DNA from: Pseudomonadota bacterium
GTDB lineage: Bacteria; Pseudomonadota; Alphaproteobacteria; Micavibrionales; UBA2020
Assembly (NCBI GenBank): GCA_021845905.1
Contig: JAJZVA010000005.1
Span: 36,861 to 100,860, forward strand
Direction of reading: 5' to 3'
Length of the DNA: 64,000 nt
A program made the position numbers and the translations under genes. The notes beneath the pieces were generated by a model. It had not been told where the DNA came from. It did not search any database and was given only the letters and a program-made list of their open reading frames with translations. Below are positions 40,612 to 50,644 of this stretch, piece after piece. Position 1 is the first letter of the stretch; every line of letters begins with the position of its first letter.

Positions 40612-41688
40612 ATGTCTGTATTTAGCCATCCGGAATTTCGTCAGCATGAGCAGGTGTCTTTTTTCAATGATGAAAAGACCGGCCTGAAAGCCATCATCGC
40701 GGTGCACAACACGCACCTCGGCCCCGCGCTGGGCGGTTGCCGCATGTGGAATTACGAAAGCGACGAGCAGGCCTTGCGCGACGTTCTGCGTCTTTCGCGC
40801 GGCATGACCTACAAGGCGGCGATCACCGGCCTGCCCCTCGGTGGCGGCAAGTCCGTCATCATCGGCGACGCGAAGAAGATCAAGACGCCCGAGATGATGA
40901 AGGCGATGGGCCGCGCGGTCGAAACCTTCAACGGGCGCTACATCGTCGCCGAAGACGTCAACACCAGCGTCGAGGACATGAACAACATCAACAGCCAGAC
41001 GCAGCATGTCGTCGGCGTTTTGCATGACGGCGAAGGCAGCGGCGATCCGTCTCCGACCACGGCGCTCGGCGTTTACACCGGCCTCAAGGCTGCCGTGCGC
41101 ACCCGTCTGCACCGCAGCGACATGCGCGGCCTGAAGGTCGCCGTGCAGGGCCTCGGCAACGTCGGCTACAACCTTTGCAAGATGTTGCACAAGGACGGCG
41201 CGGCGCTTTTCGTCACCGACGTGCAGAAAGAGAAAGTCGAGCAGGCGGCGAAGGAATTCGGCGCGACCCCCGTGGCGCTCGACGACATCTACAAGCAGGA
41301 CGTCGACGTTTTCGCGCCCTGCGCCCTCGGCGCCGTCATCAACGACGGCACGATCAAGATGCTGAAGGCCAAAGTCGTCGCCGGCGCGGCGAACAACCAG
41401 CTTGCGGAAGCACGGCACGGAGACATGTTGCGCGACCTCAAGATTCTCTACGCGCCCGACTATCTCATCAACGCCGGCGGCCTGATCAGCGTTTATTATG
41501 AGCATGTCGCCCGTAAAAACGGCAAAAAATACGATCGTGCGCAGGTTGAGGCCCATGTGAAGAAGATCGACGAGACGGCGGAGTCCATTTTCCGCCGGGC
41601 GGAAGCGGACGGCATCTCGACAAGCGCCGCCGCGGACCGCATCGCCGAGCAGCGCTTTCAGTCTTCCGCCGCGAGCAAGGCCGCTTAA
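40612..41688 (+). CDS. Leu/Val/Phe dehydrogenase-family amino-acid dehydrogenase (LeuDH-like)
   Basis: MSVFSHPEFRQHEQVSFFNDEKTGLKAIIAVHNTHLGPALGGCRMWNY...LPLGGGKSVI aligns position-for-position with Bacillus LeuDH N-termini. AGGAGA lies 9 nt upstream. An alternative GTG at 40582 has AAGGAGG 8 nt upstream. Confidence 0.88.
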   Translation: MSVFSHPEFRQHEQVSFFNDEKTGLKAIIAVHNTHLGPALGGCRMWNYESDEQALRDVLRLSRGMTYKAAITGLPLGGGKSVIIGDAKKIKTPEMMKAMGRAVETFNGRYIVAEDVNTSVEDMNNINSQTQHVVGVLHDGEGSGDPSPTTALGVYTGLKAAVRTRLHRSDMRGLKVAVQGLGNVGYNLCKMLHKDGAALFVTDVQKEKVEQAAKEFGATPVALDDIYKQDVDVFAPCALGAVINDGTIKMLKAKVVAGAANNQLAEARHGDMLRDLKILYAPDYLINAGGLISVYYEHVARKNGKKYDRAQVEAHVKKIDETAESIFRRAEADGISTSAAADRIAEQRFQSSAASKAA

Positions 41689-41735
41689 AAAGCGTCCGCG
41701 CAAAGCCACATAAAGGCGTATGCACGAACCATCAT

Positions 41736-41783
41736 AAAGATCCCGCCTTTGGTTCCGCAGGCGGGATCTTTTCATTCTTTTTT
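41736..41783 (+). terminator. Rho-independent terminator after the amino-acid dehydrogenase gene
   Basis: AAAGATCCCGCC (41736-41747) pairs perfectly with GGCGGGATCTTT (41760-41771), with a 12-nt loop. It is followed by TCATTCTTTTTT. Confidence 0.65.
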
Positions 41784-41862
41784 CCCGCGTTTTAACGCTT
41801 CCTAAACAGTTTCAGGTTGAAGATATATAAAGAAACAACCTTGAATTGTGCATGAGGGGCGC

Positions 41863-43068
41863 ATGAAAGACGATCTGAAAGATACGCGCAATTTACAAAG
41901 ACAAAAGATGGAAGCGCTCGGGCAGTTCGCGGGCGGCATCGCCCACGACTTCAACAATCTGCTTTCGATCATCGAGGGGCATACGCATATCGCCTTGCGC
42001 CAGTTGAAAGAGGGCAGGCTGGATCCGGAGCAGTTGCTTAAAATTCTCGCCTCGACGCAACGCGGCGCAGGGCTGACGCGGCAGTTGCTGAGCTTCGGAC
42101 GGCAGAAGGTCGGCTTCGATGAAAAAACGAATTTGGTGGAGGCGATGCGGCAGCAGCACGTCTTGTTGCTGCCGTTGCTCGGCGCGACGATCCAGCTTTT
42201 CATGACCGTGCCGGAAGACCCGGTCTGGATCAACGCCGCGCCCGACCAGCTGACGCAGATCATCCTCAATCTCGCGCTCAACGCGCGCGACGCCATGCCG
42301 TGCGGCGGCGAACTGGCGATCATGTGCATGGCCTGCCAGAAACGGCACATTCCGGCCGTCCTGCGCGAGAAAAATCCGGAAACGTCCTACATCCGCCTCA
42401 GTGTCGTCGACAGCGGCACCGGCATTCCGGACGATGTTTTGCCGCGCATCTTCGAGCCGTTCTTCACCACCAAGGATCAGGGCAAGGGGACGGGGCTCGG
42501 CCTTTCCGTCGTTTACGGCGTCGTCGATCAGCTGAAAGGCACGATCGAGGTTTCGTCGGCGCAGGGAGACGGCACGAGTTTCGATATCTTCCTGCCGATC
42601 GCGGAGGCGCCGGCGCCGTCCTTGACGGCGGAAAACAACGTTTCGGACAAAGGCCTCGCCGGAAAAACGATTCTCATCGCGGAGGACGAGCCGGAATTGC
42701 GCGAGATGCTCGCCGACATGTTCAACGGTCTCAAAATGAACGTGCTTTCGGCAGGCAACGGCAATCAGGCCTTGTCGGTGCAGGACGAATACGACGGCGA
42801 CATCGATTTCCTGCTCACCGACGTCGTGATGCCGGAAATGGACGGCGTGAAGCTGGGAGAGATGTTCAGTTCCGTGCGGCCGGATTCAAACGTGGTTTAC
42901 ATGAGCGGATATCCTTTCATGGAGGGGCGGCGCGATCTTCAGGTGCCGGAACAGGCGCCTTTCATATCCAAGCCGATCAGGGAAGACACGGTGAGAAAAA
43001 TTCTCGAACGCGCGCTGGAGCGGCGGCAGGCGCGACTGGGGGGTGAGCATGACGGGGCAGAAAAGTGA
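41863..43068 (+). CDS. Sensor-less cytoplasmic hybrid histidine kinase (HisKA-HATPase_c-REC)
   Basis: H-box starts about 20 residues from the N-terminus (MEALGQFAGGIAHDFNNLL). N/G boxes LNLALNARDAM, DSGTGIP, GKGTGLGLSVV. C-terminal receiver KTILIAEDEPELREML...FLLTDVVMPEMDG...KP. No TM or PAS/GAF region. The track start 41848 is GTG. Confidence 0.85.
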   Translation: MKDDLKDTRNLQRQKMEALGQFAGGIAHDFNNLLSIIEGHTHIALRQLKEGRLDPEQLLKILASTQRGAGLTRQLLSFGRQKVGFDEKTNLVEAMRQQHVLLLPLLGATIQLFMTVPEDPVWINAAPDQLTQIILNLALNARDAMPCGGELAIMCMACQKRHIPAVLREKNPETSYIRLSVVDSGTGIPDDVLPRIFEPFFTTKDQGKGTGLGLSVVYGVVDQLKGTIEVSSAQGDGTSFDIFLPIAEAPAPSLTAENNVSDKGLAGKTILIAEDEPELREMLADMFNGLKMNVLSAGNGNQALSVQDEYDGDIDFLLTDVVMPEMDGVKLGEMFSSVRPDSNVVYMSGYPFMEGRRDLQVPEQAPFISKPIREDTVRKILERALERRQARLGGEHDGAEK

Positions 43069-43462
43069 TTTGAGCGAACTCAAGGTGCTGATCATCGACG
43101 ACATGACCGAGGCGCGGGCCATGCTGAAGAACATGCTCGTCAACATGGGCATCACGCAGGTCTTCGAGGCGGGTGACGGGCGCGAGGGCATGCGCTTCAT
43201 GGATTCGGCCTTCGACTTCGTCGATATCGTCCTTTGCGACTGGAACATGCCGGGCATGGACGGCATCAACCTCCTGCGTCAGCTGCGCAGCGTCGACGAG
43301 GCTTTTCCCTTTCTGATGATTACCGGGCGCGGGGATATCACCTCCGTCTCCGAGGCCAAGAGCGTCGGCGTTTCAGGCTATATTCTCAAACCCTATTCCA
43401 TGGTGCAGCTTGAGGCGAAAATCCGCATTCTCGCCACGCGGGCGAATAAGCTACAGGCTTGA
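43049..43462 (+). CDS. Single-domain CheY-like response regulator
   Basis: LKVLIIDDMTEARAMLKNML...IVLCDWNMPGMDGINLLRQLR...FLMITGRGD...GYILKPY. Overlaps the 3' end of the hybrid kinase gene by 20 nt (26 nt if GTG 43043 is used). Confidence 0.85.
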   Translation: MTGQKSDLSELKVLIIDDMTEARAMLKNMLVNMGITQVFEAGDGREGMRFMDSAFDFVDIVLCDWNMPGMDGINLLRQLRSVDEAFPFLMITGRGDITSVSEAKSVGVSGYILKPYSMVQLEAKIRILATRANKLQA

Positions 43463-43580
43463 ATAATTTTTATATTTCAATTAGTTATGTACGCATCAAC
43501 GCTTTATCGCTTGCCTTTTTGACGGATTTGTCGCACATATAACGCCGTGCATAAAAATTAGGCATGAGTAAAAATCAGGC

Positions 43581-44657
43581 ATGTTGCGGGCAAATCAAAA
43601 AATCGCAGGCAAACAGGTTTCAGAGGCGCGTGACCTGATGGACGCCTTGCCGGATGCGGTGATCGGGTTCGACGCCGCACTGGCGGTGACGTTTTCCAAC
43701 GATGCGGCGCGGCAGTTTTTTTGCCGTGGCGAAAAGCAGCTGCTGGGCGCGCGCCTGCCGGAGCTGCTGGGCGAAAAGCAGGCGGTTTGCGCAGCGGTGG
43801 AGTTCGCCATGCGCAAAAATCAGGACATGACCGTTTATGACGTCACGGTGAACGGCAAGCCTGCGGGCAGCGTCTCGCTTGTCACGCGCATGAGGGATGC
43901 CGGACACATGCTGGTGATCCGTCCGCAGATGGCGCATCTCTCCGGCGCATGGAGCGAAAAGACCAAGTACTCCTTGCAATCGACGCAACTCCTGGCGCGG
44001 ATGCTGGCGCATGAAGTGAAAAATCCGCTGGCAGGCATTCGCGGCGCGGCGCAGTTGCTGGAAAAGTCCCCCCTGACGCAGGAAGACAGGGAGCTTGTCG
44101 GGCTGATCGGCCGCGAGACGCGCCGCATTCAGGAGCTGGTGGAAAAATTCAATATTTTCGACGACGTGCCGCAGGAGCATTACAAACCCGTCAATCTGCA
44201 CGCGGTTCTCAATCACGTGATGCAGGCCGCGGGCGCGGCCTATGCGGACGCCGAGATCGTCACGGATTTCGATCCGTCGCTGCCCGAGGTGCGCGGGCAT
44301 TTCGAGCATCTGGTGCAGGCGATTCTGAACCTTGTCCGCAACGCCGCCGAAAGCTTCGCGGACGGGAAGGGCCGGATCATCCTGCGCACCTATTACGATA
44401 ACGCCGCCGCCTATCATCCCGAGCGTCCGGAAAAACTGCCGCTATGCGTGGAAATCGAAGACAATGGCGCGGGCATTCCGCCAGAGGCGGCGGGCAGCAT
44501 CTTTCAGCCTTATTACACCACCAAGGCCAGCGGGCAGGGGCTTGGCCTTTCCATCGTTTCGAAGATTGTCGACAGCCACGGCGGCACGGTCGGCGTCGAG
44601 AGCCGTCCTTCGCGCACCGTGTTCAAAATCAGCCTGCCATTGGGAGCAAAGCAATGA
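43581..44657 (+). CDS. ntrB: Nitrogen regulation sensor kinase NtrB
   Basis: PAS-like N-terminus (LMDALPDAVIGFDAALAVTFSNDAARQFF), H-box ARMLAHEVKNPLAGIRGAAQLL, and N/G boxes. Directly upstream of ntrC. Confidence 0.9.
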   Translation: MLRANQKIAGKQVSEARDLMDALPDAVIGFDAALAVTFSNDAARQFFCRGEKQLLGARLPELLGEKQAVCAAVEFAMRKNQDMTVYDVTVNGKPAGSVSLVTRMRDAGHMLVIRPQMAHLSGAWSEKTKYSLQSTQLLARMLAHEVKNPLAGIRGAAQLLEKSPLTQEDRELVGLIGRETRRIQELVEKFNIFDDVPQEHYKPVNLHAVLNHVMQAAGAAYADAEIVTDFDPSLPEVRGHFEHLVQAILNLVRNAAESFADGKGRIILRTYYDNAAAYHPERPEKLPLCVEIEDNGAGIPPEAAGSIFQPYYTTKASGQGLGLSIVSKIVDSHGGTVGVESRPSRTVFKISLPLGAKQ

Positions 44658-46120
44658 CGGCGGTCAAAACCATTCTCGTCGCCGACGACGACCAGTCCGT
44701 CCGCACCGTCCTGACGCAGGCGCTGAAGCGCGCGGGCTACGGCGTCAACGCGACAGACAACGGCGCGACGCTTTATAAATGGGTGGCGAACGGCGAGGGC
44801 GATCTCGTCATCACCGACGTGCTGATGCCGGGCGAAAACGGCATCGACCTGATCCCGAAGATCCACGGCCGCCGTCCGGAGATGAAGGTCATCGTCATGA
44901 GCGCGCAAAACGCGCTGACCACTGCGGTCTCGGCGGTGGAAAAAGGCGCGATGGACTTTCTCCCCAAGCCGTTCGATATCGACCAGCTGCTCGACATGGT
45001 GAAAAACGCGCTGCGCCAGACTCGCGTGTCCGTGCGCGAGAAGGTCGTGCCTGACGGCATGATGCAAGGCCGCGTGCCTGACGGCACGACACGCGCGCTG
45101 AACAAAACATTCATCGTCGGCCAGTCGCCCGCGATGCAAAAAATTTACAATACCATCGCGCGGCTGACGAACGCGGATCTGTCGGTGCTGATCTCCGGCG
45201 AATCCGGTTCAGGCAAAGAGATCATCGCCCGCGCCCTGCACGAGTTCAGTCGCCGCAAGAGCGGGCCATTCGTCGCCGTCAACATGGCGGCTATTCCGAA
45301 AGAACTGATCGAAAGCGAGCTGTTCGGCCACGAAAAAGGCGCCTTCACCGGCGCGGTGCAGAAGTTCGACGGGCGTTTCGCGCAGGCTTCCGGCGGCACG
45401 TTGTTCCTCGATGAAATCGGCGACATGCCGATGGAAGCGCAGACGCGGCTCTTGCGCGTGCTGCAGGAAGGCGAATTCATGCCCGTCGGCGGGCGAAAAT
45501 CCGTCAAAACCAACGCGCGGATCGTCGCCGCGACCAACCGCGAGATCCACAGGCTCGTCGCGGACGGGAAATTCCGCCATGACCTCTATCACCGCCTCAA
45601 CGTCGTGCCGATCCATATTCCGCCGCTGCGCGAACGCAGGGAGGATATTCCGGCGCTGGTGCAGCATTTCGTGCTGTCGTCGGGATCGCTGAAGGTTTTC
45701 GAGCCCAAGGCCGTCGCCGCGTTGCAGGATTTCCCTTGGCCGGGCAATATCCGCGAGCTCGAAAGCTTCGTGCGGCGTCTCGCGGCCTTGCACGCTTACG
45801 ACGTCATCGAACTGGCGGACGTGCAAAGGGAGCTTGCGCGGCTTACGCCGCCGTCGCGCGGTTTCACGGCGGACGAAAGCCTGCCTCTTGCCATGCGCGG
45901 TCTGGTCACGGAACATTTTGACGCACATTACGCGCACATTCCGGCGGAAAGCCTCTCCGGTCTGCATGATCTTGTTGTCGCCGCGGCGGAAAAACCGCTG
46001 ATCGAATGGGTGTTGCGCCATACGGAAGGCAACCAGATCAGGGCGGCGGCGGCGCTCGGCATCAACCGCAACACGCTGCGCGTCAAAATCCGCCAGCTCG
46101 GCATCGAGGTCAGAAAATGA
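44654..46120 (+). CDS. ntrC: Nitrogen regulation response regulator NtrC (sigma-54 activator)
   Basis: MTAVKTILVADDDQSVRTVL...VITDVLMPGENG; AAA+ domain VLISGESGSGKE...GAFTGA...ESELFGHEKGAFTGA; C-terminal HTH IRAAAALGINRNTLRVKIRQLGI. ATG overlaps the ntrB TGA (ATGA); the track ORF 44444 is a 5' extension in the same frame. Confidence 0.95.
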   Translation: MTAVKTILVADDDQSVRTVLTQALKRAGYGVNATDNGATLYKWVANGEGDLVITDVLMPGENGIDLIPKIHGRRPEMKVIVMSAQNALTTAVSAVEKGAMDFLPKPFDIDQLLDMVKNALRQTRVSVREKVVPDGMMQGRVPDGTTRALNKTFIVGQSPAMQKIYNTIARLTNADLSVLISGESGSGKEIIARALHEFSRRKSGPFVAVNMAAIPKELIESELFGHEKGAFTGAVQKFDGRFAQASGGTLFLDEIGDMPMEAQTRLLRVLQEGEFMPVGGRKSVKTNARIVAATNREIHRLVADGKFRHDLYHRLNVVPIHIPPLRERREDIPALVQHFVLSSGSLKVFEPKAVAALQDFPWPGNIRELESFVRRLAALHAYDVIELADVQRELARLTPPSRGFTADESLPLAMRGLVTEHFDAHYAHIPAESLSGLHDLVVAAAEKPLIEWVLRHTEGNQIRAAAALGINRNTLRVKIRQLGIEVRK

Positions 46121-48306
46121 CGGAACGGGTTTCGCTGAAAAAAAGGCTTTGGAACCATATAAAGCGCCTTGCGCTGTCGCGCCGTGCGGCGGTGTTGCTG
46201 ACCGTCGCGGCGGTGGCGTCGTGCCTTGCGACCTATTCCGTGCTGACGCGCCGCTCGACCGACATCGACACGATTTACGGGCTTTTGAACCTCGATCTCG
46301 TGCTGCTTCTGCTCATGGGGGCGGTGGTCGCGCGGCAGGTGGTGCGCCTGTGGAGCGAAAAGAAACGCGGCATCGCAGGCGCACGGCTGCACGTGCGGCT
46401 GGTGTTCATCTTCGGCGTGCTGGCGGCGGCGCCGGCGATTTTGATGGCGCTGTTTTCGTCGATCTTCCTCTATTTCGGCATTCACGCGTGGTTCAACGCC
46501 CGCGTCAGCACGGCGGTGCATGAATCGCTGGAGGTCGCGCAGGCCTATTTGAAAGAGCACAAGGAAGTGATGCGCGCCGACGTCCTTGCGATGGTCAATG
46601 ACCTCAACCGCGAGGCGCCGGAACTGGCCAACGATCCGCCGGCGCTCAACGACTATCTTGAAACGGAATCGCAGCTGCGCAATTTGCCCGAGGCGATCAT
46701 CGTGACGTCAGACGGCAGGATCCGCGCCCATTCGAAGCTGGCCTTCACGCTGGAGCTGTCGCACATTCCGCAGAAAATGTTCTACAAGGCGGAGAACGGC
46801 GACGTCGTCCTGATCACCGACAACGACCGCGCGCATATCCGCGCGCTCGTCAAGCTTGACGGCTATTTCGACAGCTATCTTTACGTCGGGCGGCTGGTGG
46901 ACGCGACCGTCCTGGCGCATGTTCAGACGACAGAGGAGGCGGTGAAGGAATACACGACGCTGCAAGGGCGCAAAACGCAGTTGCAAGTGTCGGTGACGGC
47001 GGTGTTCATCGCCGTGGCGCTGTTGCTGCTGCTGGCGGCGGTGTGGTCGGGGCTTGTGTTCGCTGAACAGCTCGTCGCGCCGGTGAGTGCGCTGATCATG
47101 GCGGCGGAACGCGTGCGGCGCGGCGATTTGACGGTGCGCGTGCCGGAATCAGACAATGACGACGAGATCGGCCTTTTGGGCCGCGCCTTCAACCGCATGA
47201 CGCGGCAGATCGGCGAGCAGCAGGGCGAACTGATCGCGGCCAACCGCATGCTCGACGAGCGGCGGCGTTTCACCGAGGCCGTATTGTCGGGCGCGTCGTC
47301 GGGCATCCTCGGTTTGGATGCCGAAGGTTTCATCACGCTCGCCAATTCCCGCGCGGCGGAAGTTCTGGTCGGCGACGGGGATCATGATTTCACTGGAGCG
47401 CGGCTGGTGGATTTCGTTCCCGAGGCAGCGGAGCTTTTACGAAAGGTGCGCCAGTCTCCTGACAAGCCCGCCGCGCTGCAACTTGAATTCGCGGCCGGCA
47501 GCGGGCCGCATAAAACGGTCTTCCTGCGCATCACCGCTGAAAAGGGCGGTGCGGGCGCCGTCGCGACCATCGATGATATTTCGGCGCTCGTTTCCGCGCA
47601 GAAGAAATCGGCGTGGGCCGACGTGGCGCGGCGCATCGCCCACGAGATCAAGAACCCGCTGACGCCCATCCAGCTTTCCGCCGAGCGCCTGAAACGCAAA
47701 TATCTGCCGCAGATCAGCGAGGATCCGGAGACGTTCGAGAAATGCACGGACACCATCGTCCGTCAGGTCGGCGACATCGGGCGCATGGTCGGCGAATTTT
47801 CCGCCTATGCGCGCATGCCAAACGCCAACAAGCAGGTTGAGGACGTCGTCGCCATGTGTCAGGACGCTCTGTTGCTGCAGCAACAGGCGCATCCTGATTT
47901 GCATTTCGGGTTCATCGCCTCCGCGCCCGCCATCACCGCCAACTGCGACCGCTCGCAACTGTCGCGCGTCGCCACCAATCTTTTGCAAAACGCGATCGAC
48001 TCGGTGCATGAGCGCCAGCAGGTGAAAGAAGGCGAAGGCGCGGTCAAAATGGTCGTGGAGCTGCGCGGAGAGAATATCGCGATTTCCGTCGAGGACAACG
48101 GCCTTGGCTTGCCGGAAAAGGTGAAAGATCAGCTTCTTGAGCCTTATGTGACGACAAAAAAGAAAGGATCCGGCCTTGGGTTGGCGATCGTAAAAAAAAT
48201 TATGGAAGACCATGAGGGGAGTGTGCTATTAGAAGACAGTGTCCGCCACGATACGGAGACCGGCGCAAAAGCCACCATCGTCTTTCCCCGGGATATAAGG
48301 TCTTAA
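46117..48306 (+). CDS. ntrY: Sensor histidine kinase NtrY
   Basis: Multi-TM N-terminus, HAMP (LVAPVSALIMAAERVRRGDLTVRVPE), PAS, H-box ARRIAHEIKNPLTPIQLSAERLKRKY, and HATPase. ATGA overlap with ntrC. Confidence 0.9.
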   Translation: MTERVSLKKRLWNHIKRLALSRRAAVLLTVAAVASCLATYSVLTRRSTDIDTIYGLLNLDLVLLLLMGAVVARQVVRLWSEKKRGIAGARLHVRLVFIFGVLAAAPAILMALFSSIFLYFGIHAWFNARVSTAVHESLEVAQAYLKEHKEVMRADVLAMVNDLNREAPELANDPPALNDYLETESQLRNLPEAIIVTSDGRIRAHSKLAFTLELSHIPQKMFYKAENGDVVLITDNDRAHIRALVKLDGYFDSYLYVGRLVDATVLAHVQTTEEAVKEYTTLQGRKTQLQVSVTAVFIAVALLLLLAAVWSGLVFAEQLVAPVSALIMAAERVRRGDLTVRVPESDNDDEIGLLGRAFNRMTRQIGEQQGELIAANRMLDERRRFTEAVLSGASSGILGLDAEGFITLANSRAAEVLVGDGDHDFTGARLVDFVPEAAELLRKVRQSPDKPAALQLEFAAGSGPHKTVFLRITAEKGGAGAVATIDDISALVSAQKKSAWADVARRIAHEIKNPLTPIQLSAERLKRKYLPQISEDPETFEKCTDTIVRQVGDIGRMVGEFSAYARMPNANKQVEDVVAMCQDALLLQQQAHPDLHFGFIASAPAITANCDRSQLSRVATNLLQNAIDSVHERQQVKEGEGAVKMVVELRGENIAISVEDNGLGLPEKVKDQLLEPYVTTKKKGSGLGLAIVKKIMEDHEGSVLLEDSVRHDTETGAKATIVFPRDIRS

Positions 48307-48307
48307 C

Positions 48308-49750
48308 ATGTCTGCCAATATTCTTATCGTCGACGATCAGGAAGACATCCGGATGCTCATTGAAGGCATCCTGAGCGACGAGGGCTATGCCACAAAAACC
48401 GCCAGGGACGCGCAGACCGCCGTGCAGATCATCGCCGAAAAAGAGCCCGACATGGTGGTGCTCGATATCTGGCTTGAAGGCAGCGACATGGACGGCATGG
48501 CGCTCCTGAAAAAGCTGACCAAAAGCCACCCCGACATGCCGGTGATCATGATCAGCGGACACGGCAACATCGAGACGGCGGTTTCCGCGATTCAGATGGG
48601 CGCGTATGATTTCATCGAGAAGCCTTTCAAGTCCGACCGTTTGCTGGTGCTGACGCAGCGTGCGCTCGAGGCGGGGCGCCTGCGCCGCGAAAATCAGGAG
48701 TTGCGGCTACGCGCACTCGGCAGCGAGACGATGCTCTATGGCGATTCACTGCTGATGCAGCAGGTGCGGCAGAACATCCTGCGCGTCGCGCCGACCGGCA
48801 GCCGCGTGCTGATCACCGGGCAGCCGGGCACGGGCAAGAACATCGCCGCGCGCATGCTGCACGCGCATTCGAAACGCGCGGATAAAAATTATGTCGTGAT
48901 CAACTGCGCGATCCTCTCGCCGGAGCGGCTGGAAGCGGAATTGTTCGGCACGGACGCGCCGGCGGGGAAACAGCCGGGCGTGCTGGAGCGCGCCAACGGC
49001 GGCACGCTGTTCCTCGACGAAGTGGCCGACATGCCGCCGGAGACGCAGGCGAAGATCGTCCGCGTGCTGCAAGACCAGCATTTCACCCGCCTCGGCGGCA
49101 CGGAGCGGATCGACGTCGACGTGCGCGTCATCGCAGCGACCAATCAGGATTTGCCCGAACTGATGAGGCAGGGAAAATTCCGCGAAGACCTTTATTACCG
49201 CCTCAACGTCGTGCCGATCGGCATACCGTCCTTAAGCGCAAGGCTCGACGACATTCCGCTGCTGGCGGAATATTTCATGAGTCAGGCGTCTGTTTCCGCC
49301 AACGCGCAGGCGCGGAGTTTCGCGCCTGACGCCATCGCGCTGATGCAATCCTACGACTGGCCGGGCAACGTGCGGCAGCTTCGCAACGTCATTGAATGGC
49401 TGCTGATCATGGCGGCGGGCGAAGCGGATACGCCGATTACCGCCGACATGATGCCGCCGGACCTCAAGCAAAAAGCGGAGACGATGGTGCGCGGGCAGGG
49501 CGTCGTCGAACTGATGAGCAAGCCGTTGCGCGAGGCGCGGGAGATTTTCGAGCGTGAATACCTGCTCTCGCAGGTGAACCGTTTCGGGGGCAATATCTCC
49601 AAGACCGCCGGTTTCATCGGCATGGAGCGTTCCGCGCTGCACCGCAAGCTCAAATCCCTCGGTCTGCAAACCAGTGAAAAAGACATGGCGAATGAAAAAG
49701 ACGCCGCAGGCGAAAGGGATGATGTTGAAAAAGAGCGGGGCGCGGGATAA
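48308..49750 (+). CDS. ntrX: Response regulator NtrX (sigma-54 activator family)
   Basis: MSANILIVDDQEDIRMLIEGIL...VVLDIWLEGSDMDG; VLITGQPGTGKN...; C-terminal HTH. Starts 1 nt after the ntrY stop. Confidence 0.9.
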   Translation: MSANILIVDDQEDIRMLIEGILSDEGYATKTARDAQTAVQIIAEKEPDMVVLDIWLEGSDMDGMALLKKLTKSHPDMPVIMISGHGNIETAVSAIQMGAYDFIEKPFKSDRLLVLTQRALEAGRLRRENQELRLRALGSETMLYGDSLLMQQVRQNILRVAPTGSRVLITGQPGTGKNIAARMLHAHSKRADKNYVVINCAILSPERLEAELFGTDAPAGKQPGVLERANGGTLFLDEVADMPPETQAKIVRVLQDQHFTRLGGTERIDVDVRVIAATNQDLPELMRQGKFREDLYYRLNVVPIGIPSLSARLDDIPLLAEYFMSQASVSANAQARSFAPDAIALMQSYDWPGNVRQLRNVIEWLLIMAAGEADTPITADMMPPDLKQKAETMVRGQGVVELMSKPLREAREIFEREYLLSQVNRFGGNISKTAGFIGMERSALHRKLKSLGLQTSEKDMANEKDAAGERDDVEKERGAG

Positions 49751-49753
49751 GCC

Positions 49754-50644
49754 ATGCCGCGCTTTTCTTACGTGAATGGAAGATATGTTCCCCATGCCGA
49801 AGCCGCCGTGCATATCGAGGACCGCGGCTTTCAGTTCGCCGACGGCGTTTATGAAGTGATTTCGTGGATCGGCGGGCATTTCGCCGACGAGGTCGGCCAT
49901 CTCGACCGGCTGGAACGGAGCTTGCGCGAAATGCGCATCGCGCAGCCCATGCCGCGCCGCGCGTTGCAGCTTGTTTTGCGGGAATTCATCCGCCGCAACC
50001 GCCTTAAAGACGCTTACGTCTATATTCAAGTGACGCGCGGGGTCGCGCCGCGCGATTTCAAATTTCCGCAAGAGGATGTCAGGCCCTCGCTGATCGTCAG
50101 CGCCATAGGCCGCCCGAGCTTTGATATCGCGGCGCGTAAAAAACTGCTCAAAAAAGCCGTCACCGTGCCGGATATCCGCTGGAAGCGCCGCGACATCAAG
50201 ACGACGAGCCTGACGGCGCAGGTGCTCGCCAAGCAGACGGCGGTCGATCGCGGCGCCTATGAGGCGTGGATGGTGGACGACGAGGGCTTCATCACCGAAG
50301 GCTCCTCGACCAACGCCTGGATCGTCGATAAAAAAGGCACGCTGATCACCCGCCCGACCGATCATAACGACATTCTCAAGGGCGTGACGCGCAATGCGAT
50401 ACAAGCCCTCTGCAAAAAGGAAGGCGTGAAGCTCGTCGAGCGCGCTTTCACGCCTGCCGAGGCCTACAAGGCCAAAGAAGCTTTCATCACCGCCGCGACG
50501 ACGCTGGTCATGCCGATCGTCGAGATCGACGGGCATAAGATCGGCGACGGCAGGCTCGGCAACCTCACCGAAAAAATTCTCGATTTCTATTTCGCTTACG
50601 CCGCGGATGAAAAGCGCAGGCAGGAACGCTGGACGCCGAAATGA
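49754..50644 (+). CDS. dat: Class IV aminotransferase, D-amino-acid transaminase-like
   Basis: VHIEDRGFQFADGVYEVISW...YIQVTRGVAPRDF...RWKRRDIKTTSL...ITEGSSTNAWIV...ILKGVTR. D-alanine versus branched-chain specificity is not resolvable by eye. Confidence 0.75.
   Translation: MPRFSYVNGRYVPHAEAAVHIEDRGFQFADGVYEVISWIGGHFADEVGHLDRLERSLREMRIAQPMPRRALQLVLREFIRRNRLKDAYVYIQVTRGVAPRDFKFPQEDVRPSLIVSAIGRPSFDIAARKKLLKKAVTVPDIRWKRRDIKTTSLTAQVLAKQTAVDRGAYEAWMVDDEGFITEGSSTNAWIVDKKGTLITRPTDHNDILKGVTRNAIQALCKKEGVKLVERAFTPAEAYKAKEAFITAATTLVMPIVEIDGHKIGDGRLGNLTEKILDFYFAYAADEKRRQERWTPK

Noticed and set aside
43553-43583. 14-nt direct repeat AAAAAT(T/C)AGGCATG x2 at the ntrB start. It creates a second ATG (43564) and a 24-codon out-of-frame upstream ORF.
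   Set aside because: It is short, in A+T-rich DNA, has no SD for the upstream ATG and no conservation evidence. It is probably fortuitous, but could be revisited with Ribo-seq.
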